From: Geosiphon pyriformis uo1
Lineage: Eukaryota > Fungi > Glomeromycota
DNA: 64,000 bases
Assembly: GCA_016748015.1 (NCBI GenBank)
Contig: JAAOMT010000591.1
Span: forward strand, 66,933-130,932
Direction: 5' to 3'
Made by a program: the position numbers and the translations under genes. Under the pieces are notes generated by a model that saw only the letters and a list, made by a program, of their open reading frames with translations, had not been told where the DNA came from and ran no database searches. Position 1 is the first letter of the stretch. Every line of letters starts with the position of its first letter. Below, piece by piece: positions 12,395-23,500 of this stretch.

Positions 12395-15300
12395 TGTTAC
12401 AGATGATTATTTGGGGTCTCAAATTAAATAACAAATTCATAACTTGGTGCTCAATATCTTGATAATGCTAGTAATACTGGTATGTTGGTTGTATCTGAAG
12501 GTTTTAGAGTTGAGTTTTTTGTATAATAAACAGAGATTTAATGATGACATGGTTGGTAAGTTGCTTTTCCAATTTCTGTCTTTAGCATGATGGCCAGTTT
12601 ATTCTGGCAGTTGTGCCTTTCTAATAAGCTATTCGTTAATATATATATTCTTACCCTTATCTTTGGGTCTTTTACCAAGCTATCTGTGATGTCAATAATT
12701 CAACACTTTAATCCTTAATTAATTAGTACACAACAATAAGATCACAACAAAAAAGAAAAAAAAAATAAAGAAAAAAAAAAAATAAGTGAAAGCAATTACA
12801 AGTTAGTATCTCATTAATAACTGTAATTAAAAGCTATTGTTCTAATGTAGTTAAGTATTAATTACTATTAATACTTTATGTTAATAGTAGAGAGAAAAAA
12901 TTGAGATAGTGAATAATTATTTATTTAATATTTGTAAATGAAAGGTTGCTTAGATCAAATCTAAACCAAGAGGTCTCTAATTAAAGGATTTTTTTTTTTG
13001 TAATTTTAATAATTATGATTTGCAAGTCTAATTGATTCTATGAGTCTAATTGACTTTGTGAATCAATTGACTCTGAGTTTCATTGACTAATTTTCTAACT
13101 TCTGATACTACTGCTATATATATGTATTTAAGATTCCTCAATTCCTCAATTTTTCATGTCAGGAATCCTGGAATTTCTGGAATTCTGCAATTCCTTTGAG
13201 AGAAATCCTGGAATTCTGGAATCCTGTAATTCCTCCTATGAAAATCTTGCAATTTCTGGAATCTTACGATTTCTCTGAAAGGAATTCTGAAATTCTACAT
13301 TTACTACATCTATCTATGATTGGCTAATTTATATGCTAATATACTTCCTATATTTTATGAGTAACATTATTCACTCCTTTAATATTGAGCTTCTGCAAAA
13401 TCTTCAAAATTTTATTTTTGTATCAATTTTGTTGTTGTAATTTCTATTGCTATTTTTTTTTTTTTTTTTTTTTAAAAATCTAATTTTTATATGTAACTAG
13501 GGTTTTTAACTATAGTGGTTTGTCCAGAATATTCAAGTTCAAATTTTGCATCTGTATTATGTGCATATTTAGACATAATATCCTCATTATTATTACTGAA
13601 TTGAGTTAATTTCTGCTTCATTGTAAGATCTAGAAGCGTAATATATTGTTTGGTGTTTAAAGCGGAGTTTGAATTGTTGTTGGTGGAGTTTAAATCATTG
13701 TTGTCATTTAGTGGAGTTTGAATCATTGTTATTATTAGTGGAGTTTGAATCAGGATTAAGTTCTGATTCCAATTCTCACTGATTGGCTTGTTTTTCTCAG
13801 AGTTTGAATATATAATGCATGGAAGTGGATTGTGACTTGGGGTCATTAGGTGAGTTTTGATGATTTGTTATTCAATTTTGGTATTGCTAATTCTCAAATT
13901 CCTTTTTTTTCTCTAAGTCTTTTTTGTATTGACACTTTTCCAATGCTGACTTTTGGCATAAAAAAAAACAGTTTTCATACAGGTAAGTATGAATCTGGGT
14001 AGTTTTTTCTGGAATTCTTTCAACAGGTCTTTAAATAATCAGAGTTTTGAATTTCTAGAGGTTTGACAGGTTTTATTTAAGATAAGTTTTCTTGTCTAAT
14101 AGCAAAATTGGACTTATTGAATTTCTAATGTTCAGGTTTTGAACAATTAAATTGGAGTTTTAACTTTTAACAAGTTTTACTAAAAGTAAGTTTTTTTCTA
14201 CACTAGCAAGATTAGGTTTTGAATGTTTGAGTTTTGAACTATTGGGTCTTAAAAAATTGGAGTTTTAACAAGTTTTATCAAAGATAAGTTTCTTTATATA
14301 ATAGTGGGATTGAAATTATCAGGTTTTGAATAAACGGAGTTTTAATTTAATGTGTTTTTTTTTTTTAACAAGTTTATCAACAATAATTTTTGAATGTTCA
14401 GGGTTTTAACAATCGGATTTTGAATGATTGGAGTTTCAATTTAACAAGTTTTCCAAAGGTAATAGTAAAATAAAAATTTCACGAATCCTAAGTGATTTTT
14501 TTTTGTTTTCTCTTGGTCTGCCACTTTTGAATAGTGTAGTTGGTGTTGGTTCTCTGTAAGGTTATATTTCACAGAGAGCACCAAATGTTACAAATGATTA
14601 TTTGGGGTCTCAAATCAAATAACAAATCTGTAACTTGGTGCTCAATATTTTGATAATGCTGGTAATACTGATACATTGGTTGTATCTGAAGGTTTTAGAG
14701 TTGAGTTCTTTGTATAATAGACAAAAATTTGATGACAACATGGTTGGTGAGTTTTTTTCCCAATTTTTGTCTTTAGCATGATGGTCAGTTTATTCTGGCA
14801 GTTGTGCCTTTCTGATAAGCTATCCATTAATATATATATTCTTACCCTTATCTCTGGGTCTTTTACCAGGCTATCCATGACATCAATAATTCAGCACTTT
14901 AATCTTTAATCAATTAATACACAACAATAAGATCACAACAAGAAAGAAAATAAAAATAAAAATAAAGAAAAAGATAAAGAAATAAGCAAAAGCAATTGCA
15001 AGTTAGTATTCTGTCAATAGCCATGATCAAGAACTATTGTTCCAGTGTAATTAAGTATTAATTACTATTAACATAAAGTGTTGATAGTGAAGAGAAAAAA
15101 TTGAGATAGTGAATAATTATTTATTTAATATTTGTGAATAAAAGGTTGCTTAGATCAAATCTAAACCAAGAGATCTCTAACTAAAGGATTCTTTTTTTTG
15201 TAATTTTAATAATTATGATTTGCGAGTCTAATTGATTCTATAAGTCTAATTGACTTTGCAAATCAATTGACTCTGAGTTCTATTGCTATATATATGTATT

Positions 15301-15538
15301 TGAGATTCCTTAATTTCTCAATTCTTCATGTCAGGAATCCTGGAATTTCTGGAATTCTGCAATTCTTTTGAAAGAAATTCTGGAATTCTGGAATCCTGCA
15401 ATTTTTCTTATAAGAATCCTGCAATTCCTGGAATCTTGTAATTCTTCTGAAAAGAATTCTGAAATTTCATATTTACTATGTCTACCTATAATTGGCATAT
15501 TTATATGCTAATATACTTCCTATATTTTATGAGTAACA
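12395..15538 (-). mobile_element. non-autonomous LTR element E (A/C-type LTRs, 1.2-kb internal region, no pol)
   Basis: LTRs 12395-13366 and 14586-15538. PBS at about 14568-14585. PPT 13367-13380. 4-bp TSD ATGG/ATGA. Confidence 0.9.
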
Positions 15539-15659
15539 ATGAAAAAAACATGAAAATTATTAGAATAAGACTAGTATTTTTCAAAAGATTGCTTGGTTTT
15601 TTATTTATAACTTAATTTTTCTTAATTTTTTTTCAATATTATTTACTATATTATATTAT

Positions 15660-16195
15660 TACTACTGATTTAATGGTTGTTGTTACTGTTCCTGATTATT
15701 TTGTTGTAATTACTGATTATTTTGCTACTGCTGTTGGATATTTTATTATTCATTAACTTTTCACTACTTCTGGTTATTTTGTTGTTACTACTAGTTATTC
15801 TGTTATCTATTATTTTGTTTTTATTACTAATTATCTTATTGTTACTATTAGTTATTTTTTTATCTATTATTATATTACTACTAGTTATTTTGTTACATAT
15901 TATCTCATTGTTATTGCTAATTATTCTGTTACTTATTATTTTGTTACTTATTATTTTATTGTTATTGCTAATTATTTTATTGTATATTATTTTGTTATTA
16001 CTGCTGGTTATTTTGTTACTTATTATCTTGCTGTTACTGTTGATTATTTTGTTATATATTATCTTATTGTTATTATTAGTTATTTTATTACTCATTATTT
16101 TGTTGCTATTGTTAATTATCTTGTTACTAATTATTTTGCTGCATTACTAATCAGCTTATTGCTGTAATCTGTTTTGCTGTTGATTACTATTATTT
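15660..16195 (-). repeat. decayed codon repeat (ancestral QQQQQDD-like) inside the Ginger transposase
   Basis: Minus-strand triplets are caa/cag/taa/tag runs alternating with gat/aat/aac pairs. Lies between the rve core and the C-terminal domain. Confidence 0.75.
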
Positions 16196-17401
16196 TTAAT
16201 TTCTTGTTGAATTAACTTTTTATTAACTGGCTTTATATCTAAGTTGTTAAAAAGATTTTTTCTTGTATAATTAATTGTTTAAAAAGGAACTTGAAAAAAA
16301 AATAATTTACACAAGATTTTTTTTAAAACATTATTTGATAAGATAAAAAGCCAATAACTATAGAAATTTCTGTATTTATTATATTTAAACATAAAAATAA
16401 ATTAATTATTGTTTAAAAAATTCAACCAATATAAAAATAATGTTTTTTATATATTACCCAATATAAAATATGTGATCAATTATTAGTTTTTTTATTTTTT
16501 ATTTATTTTGAAAGTTTTTATTAAAGTATATCATTTGCTTATTTGATTAATTTTTGGAATTAAAAATGTCTTGGATATTTATTTATAATATGAATATTTG
16601 GTTATATTTCTGTTAATTTTTTAATTATATTAGCTGTAAACTTTTTTTTATTATTGGTTTAAAGAATAGTTAGAAATCCAAATATGGTAAAAAATTAAAA
16701 AAAAAAGCTTGCTACTTTTTTTGTTTTTTTAGAAAAAAAAGCCATAATTCAAGAAACTTTTGTAAAATAATCTTAAGCATAACAAATATATTTATAAAAA
16801 TTATTTGGTTAATTATATATATTAACCAAGTCTATTTGTAAATAACACATGAAATTTTTTCCTAAAATTAAATTTATAGCTATTAGTTAAATTAAAAATT
16901 GTTATGCAATATATCTAGTACAATAAAAACAAAACTGTTTTATTAAATTCTCAGATACTTAAATATATTTATCTTTAATCTATAAATAAAAAATTATTAG
17001 TATATATTTATATAAAAAATTAAATTAATATTATATATTATATTATAAGTTTTGCTTATTTTTTTATGTTCTATTTTTAAATAAAATTTACATAGTTTTT
17101 TATATAATTTTTCTTTTGAAAAAACTGGTTTTTTTGTTTTTTTAAGATAAAATATATTTTGTTTTTCAACTTGTATAATATAAAAAATAATACATACTTA
17201 ATATTTTAATTTAGAATTAAAGTTTTCTTCTTTAGGGATATTTTTTAATATCTTAATATACAATGAACTCTCTTTATAATTACACCTTTTAGTCAGCACA
17301 TTTGTGGTAACTATAGAGAGATGGGACTATAAAAAATGATTAATATCTTATCACATAATCTATATATCACATACATAATATAATAACCAATTATATATAT
17401 T

Positions 17402-18961
17402 TTATTTAAAAAAACCATCTATTTGCAACTGTTTTTTTTCTTCTTAAACTTTGAGAACAGTATTACAAATTAATGTTCTCAAAGTTTTAAAAAAGTTTGA
17501 ATCAACTTTTTCACTATACTGCTCTTTACAATAGTGTAATGTATCTTCAAGTGCAGTTTTACCTTGATGTGTAGATAGCAAAAACAAAGGTTCATCTTTA
17601 TCTTTACTTTCTAAATCTTCATTTGCATTAAAATTTCCACTATACTTGTTGTTAATAAGATCCACAATTTTATTTTTTGAGACATAAGTAAATAATGGTT
17701 TAAACTTGTCAATATTAATGAAGTCTATTGCCAATAGCTTGTTAATATCAATATGCTCAATAAGAACTTGTACTTCTTGTAAGAGTTCTTGTTCAATATC
17801 TAATGAATGGGCTGACATTTGACTATTATTCAGAATTTCCATATAACACCAACAGTTTTGGATTGTAGTTGTTGTTACCACTGACCACACATTAATTAGA
17901 AAGTCAACTGCATTCTTTAATGTTACTGTTAATATTGGAATCTTGTCATCATACTAATTAATAAAATGGAAAAGAAACAACTTTCATTATTGTGTCTTAA
18001 AAAATGCAATAATTCCTGTATTTAATAATTGCAAATAGGATGTTGTATTGGATGATAGGTATCTAATCATAATATTAGATAATACAGAAGGTTCTTTACC
18101 ATAGAGACTAGTATTATCAAGCAATAGCAAAATCTTTTTTTTCTTGCAATGCATTTCTTTATTTAATAAATTAAGCTATTCACTAAAAATATTGGTTTGC
18201 ATCCATGCTTTTGTATTGTAATGATAAGTGATTGGAAGTGTATTCATATTAATATTGTAAAAACATCATGGCTTTGTGGCTTTGCCGATAATTAAAGACT
18301 GCAATTTAATGCTGTCTGTTGTATTACAAGCAAAAAATATGGTAATTTGACTCTTATCATGCTCAGTGCCAGAAATAGATCTTGTTGTCAAAGTTGTATT
18401 TGGTGGCATTCTAAAGAATAATGCTGTCTCATCGGCATTGTAAACATTATTTAGATTATATTCATTGATAATCTCATACAGTTTTTCTTGTTCCTCTGGT
18501 AAAATTTCCAAGGGGGCACTGTTTGTTTTACCATGTATCTTAATGTAGTGCAAATTATGACGTTTTTTGAACTTTTCTAACCAACCATCTGATGCTTTAA
18601 AGTTATTTTCTTCTGGAAACTTTTCAGCAAACTTGAGAGCTTTCATTTGTAAAATTTTTCCAATAAGAATGCAGTTGGTAGCTAGTGCTCCAAGCATCTA
18701 TTTTCTCAGTACATTATTTATCTTTGGAAACATCTCTTTCCTGTCCTTTGTTAATTAACCAGAGTTGTCAGATACATTCTTTTCAATCCATCAGTCTGAT
18801 TTTATGAGTATTTTTGTTACAGTAGAGCAGTCAATTTTCAGATTAAATATTTTGATAAGTCTATTTGTTGAGTAGTCAAGATGCTTTAGTTTGTACTGGC
18901 AGAGAGTCTTTTTAGTTTCCAAGAAGATTGTTGTTTACTTTTGGTTTGCGTTTTTTGGCAT
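17402..18961 (-). pseudogene. pogo/Tigger-type transposase (CENP-B HTH + DDE_1), inactivated
   Basis: FKASDGWLEKFKKRHNL, VYNADETALFFRMPP, AWMQT, LLLDN, NTTSYLQ motifs. C-terminal QLQIDGFFK*. Several stops. Confidence 0.9.
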
Positions 18962-19700
18962 GTTAATAAGAATACACTTTTTATTGCATTTTTTTTTTAT
19001 AATGCATTGATGTATTTGTTATGTTTCAAACATTATTTTGTCTTATATCTAATTGAATATGTGAGGTGTCTCATGTCATATGAAGTGCCTCAAATTATAG
19101 GAAGTATATTAGCATATAAATTAGCCAATTAGAGATAGCCATAGTAAATGTGAAATTCCAGGATTTTTCTCAGAGGAATTGCAAGATTCCAGAAATTTCA
19201 GAATTCTTATATAAAGAATCACAAGATTCCAGAATTCCCAAGATTCTTCTCAAAGAAATTGCAGGATTCCAGGAATTCCAGAATTTTTGATGTAAAAAAT
19301 TAAGAAATTGAGAAATCTCAATTATGTATATATAGCAGTAGTATTAGAAGTAGAAAAAACAGATCTCTCAGTTTAAATTTGATCTAAGCAACCTTTCATA
19401 TTACAAATAAATAATTATTCACTATCTTAATCTACTCTCTACTATTGACACTTCATGTTGATAGTAATTGATACTTAACCACATTGGAACAATAGCTCTT
19501 GATCATGGCTATTGACAAGATACTAACTGACCACCATCTTGGCTTATTTTTTTATTTTATTTTATTTTTTTTGTTATTCTTTTGTTTTACTAAAATTGAT
19601 TAAGGATTAAGTACTGAAGTACAGATGTTGTTACTCATAGAATAGAAAAACAGATATAGAAAAATAGTAGACCAATAAAAGAGTAGTAGTTAGCACATGA

Positions 19701-19855
19701 GCACATTGCTCAGCAATGTGGAGCAATGTCAAAAAGTATAACACATTGCTCAGCAATGTGAAGCAATGTCAGAAATCACAGCACATTGTTCAACAATGTG
19801 GAGTGATGTTAAAAAAATATGGCACATTGCTCAGCAATATAAGCATTGCTTGAGA
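19701..19855 (+). repeat. 40-41-bp tandem array with palindromic core CACATTGC-TCA-GCAATGTG in U3 of B
   Basis: 3 full units plus a partial in the 5' LTR, 1 full plus a partial in the 3' LTR (about 28953-29020). Accounts for the 80-bp LTR length difference. Confidence 0.9.
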
Positions 19856-20575
19856 AATTATAGCACATCACTTGGGAATGTGAGTGATTTCATAAAACCC
19901 AAATTATGTATATATAATGATAGCATTAGAAGTAAAAAGAACAGATCTCTCAGTTTAAATTTGATCTAAGCAATCTTCCATTAACAAATATCAATAAATA
20001 ATTATTCACCATCTCAATCCACTCTCCACTATCAACACTTCATGTTGATAGTAAGTAATACTTAACCATATGAGAACAATAGCTCTTGATTACAGCTACT
20101 GATGAGATACTAACTTGCAATTGCTTTTATTTATTTCTTTAATTTTTTTCTTTTATTTCTTTTGTTTTGTCATTTCGTTGGTTTTACTAAACTGATTAAA
20201 GATTAAGTGCTGAGTTATTAATGTCAAGGATAGTCTGGTAAAAGACCCCAAAGGAAGGGTATAGGAATTGAGAATTTAAAGATAGCTTACCAGAAGGGCA
20301 TCTCTGCCAAAATTACCAGCCACCACGCTGAGAAAAAAATTTGATGGAATTGTGATTCCAGAAGGCTATGGAAAAGACAACACTTGAATCTCTGTCTATT
20401 ATATAAAAGACACCACAACAAAAACCTTCAGATATTGACACCAAAATACCAATCCAGCACCAAGTTACAGATTTGTTATTTGATTTGAGACCCCAAATAA
20501 TCATCTGTAACATTTGGTGCTCCCTGTGAGGTATAATTCTACAGAGAACCAGCACCAATTACACTTATTCCAAAA

Positions 20576-23500
20576 GTAGCAGAATCAGAAAGTATAGGAG
20601 CAAACCATTTAAGATTCATGAAATTCTTATTTTAACACTATTGTCAATACTTAGGATTAAACCAAAATCATATATCAGTAGAATCAGCCTTCAATTTCTA
20701 TGTCAACGAGAGAATTGCATATTTGTTAGAAACACCAGTAAACACTAAATCAACAAGAGAAACTTTTTACCACAAATTAATCCAAAACACCAGCCTACCA
20801 ACAAATTATAATTTTGCATCTATCATTACTGAGATTAATAAAAAAATTGAACATTACACACAACAAAGATATCCAATCACTTATGCTAGTAAAGATAAAG
20901 GAAAATTACAAACACCAATAGTGACACCAAAACAAATACAACCATCCACTTGGAAAAAAACCAGAGTTAAATCATCAACAAATCTATCATACTACTATAC
21001 ACCTGGAAGTGCTATCAACATCACATCAACAGGCATGTCCATATCACACATAACATCAACCTTTGGATGATTCCCATTTTAGAGTAAACAAAGAAAAAAA
21101 GATCTTCTAGGACCATATGGCGTGTATTTTGAAGGATTTAAGTCCTGATTGCCAATGCCATCAGAACTTTAATCTCTGCCACCCCAACTAAATTTCAGAG
21201 CCACAAGTCTCTGGAAAGTAACGAAATCGGAAGAAGAACAAGAAAAAGAGGAAGAAGAATCTGAAGATCAAGAATTTACTTACCAAAACCTGATTCCAGA
21301 GAACCCAAACATTGAAACCCCAAATTTCCAGACTCAGCAAAATCTAAATTTTCAAACACAGCCAAATTAGAACAACCAAAACTCCAACTTAATTAATCAA
21401 CAAAACTTACTTCCTAGAATTATCATTAATCAGCCACTAGCTAAACCCATATAACAGCCACCCCAACAACCACTTCAACAAATTTATCAGCTGCCTATAC
21501 CACAATAACAACAACAAATGACATATGCACCAATTGTGAAGCTCAATAAATTCACTAGCAAAGAAGACAATGCCCAAGTCTGGCTGAATAATGTAGCTAA
21601 AGCAATTATAGCTAATAACTGAAACAATGCTAGAGCCATGTAAGCAATTTCTTACTTTCTTTAGGACACTGCTGATGCATAGTACTAAAGCTTTGCCATC
21701 AAACCCCAAAATTTTAACGAATTCAAAACCAAATTCTTAAGGTACTTTAGTAACAATAATAGCATTAACAAGTTAGCCAACACCTTTACCACAATCAAAC
21801 AAGGAGAAACTGAAGCAGTTACTACTTACTTGGGACAGTTCCACAAGAACTTATGCCAAATTCAAGTGATCCAAGCTGACTATTTTACAGTGTCACAAAT
21901 TCTAAACCAGTTCATCCATGGGTTGTGCAGTAGTATCTTCCAACATGTATGCCCAATGCACCCACAAACTTTCTAAGATGCAGTTACCAATGCATGAGAT
22001 TTTGAAGCAGCTAAACTAGAAGCCAATCATGCTCAAGCCATAAATCTGGTCATGAATAGATCATCTGAATTGGATTCCAAATTGAAACAATTCAGTGATT
22101 CAATTAATCAGAAATTGGAAGAATACTTAACTGACAATCACGCAACATATCAACCACCACAATGACACAATAATTCCAGAAACACAGATTGTTTCCAGAA
22201 TTAGTCGCATTCAACATCCTCAATCAATCAACAGTAGTAGCAGAAAACGTGTATTTGCTACTATTGTGATAAACAAGGACATTTGCAATTTGAATGTCAA
22301 AAAAGAATAAGCAACCAGAGATCAGTTAATCAGTATTGAAACTCTGATCACCAACTACAAACTCAGAATTACATCAATAATCAATCAAACTCAGCTTTAT
22401 ATCAACAAGATTACTTACTTATAATACAGCCAATATATCAAACACCAATAACACAGCAATTATACTCACCTCCAGTCTATCAGCCTCCAGCAGCAATTTA
22501 TCAACCACAGTCCCAACCCAATTATCAGCTGCAGTCTTAGATAAATTATCCACCCCAACAACATCAAACACTGCCACAGAACTTACCTCAAAACAAAACT
22601 CAAAGATCAAGATTAACACAGCAAAACTGGAGATTGTCGATGGTAGTCCATCAACTGATCTCCAGTTCTACAGCACAACCATCAAGATCTTGACCACAGA
22701 ATTTAGGCACCAGGTATGCCCAAAACCTGAATTCCCAGAACTATTTAAGTCTCTTGGTTACCCCAGAAGATGTCCCACCCAATAATCTGGAAACCAACCA
22801 AAAACAATCACTTACCAACAATATATCTTTAGCCACCATTACCAATGACGAATTACTAACAGCAATCTTTCCATTCAAACTTGAAAAAAATACACCAGTC
22901 CCATTATTCAGTGGAGCCATTCTTGACATCAAACCAATTATCACTATGTATACTAATGTCAAAGTTGATGGCCATTCCATTAAACTGATCCTAGATAGTG
23001 GATTAGCTGGCAGCATTATTACAAAGCAACTCATAAACCAATTAGGTTGCCGAGTTGATCGTGCTGTCAGTGCCAGAATTATAACCACCAATGGAGCAAC
23101 CAAAACTCTCATTGGTAAGATTGATAACTTCTTTATAAAAGTTAATGACATCATCGTACCAATCAAAGTATTAGTTATGAAAGCCACTCAATACCAAGCA
23201 CTCATTGGTAATGATTGGTTATCTAAAACCAATGCATCGTTTGATTGGAATATGCAAGAGCTTCAAATCAGCCAGAACAGACAACACACATGTGTACCAG
23301 TCACATGTGACCACTTCATGACCACCAACATGACAGCACCACTCATAGAGTTCAAAGAAGAAAAAAAAAAACTTACCTAAGAAGCTTATCAAGTGTCCTG
23401 GGCTGGCAAAGAACACAATGAGCTGCCACCAGTATCTTTGTGGGACAACAATAACAGGAAAAGAAAAAAAAAAGAAGAACTTACCTGGAACACTGACCAA

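Noticed and set aside
14642-14878. Short ORFs inside LTRs (also 29540-29725) as real genes or a Gag start in the LTR
   Set aside because: Frames differ between LTR copies, and the frame crossing the LTR end meets a stop within the PBS.
15670-16150. 142-aa poly-Leu/Ile membrane-like ORF (+) and 141-aa Asn-rich ORF (-)
   Set aside because: Stop-free shadow frames of a decayed Gln/Asp codon repeat in the Ginger transposase.
19701-19855. Palindromic repeats with intervening sequence, superficially CRISPR-like
   Set aside because: The 'spacers' are near-identical to each other, the array lies in a retrotransposon LTR, the context is eukaryotic and there are no cas genes.
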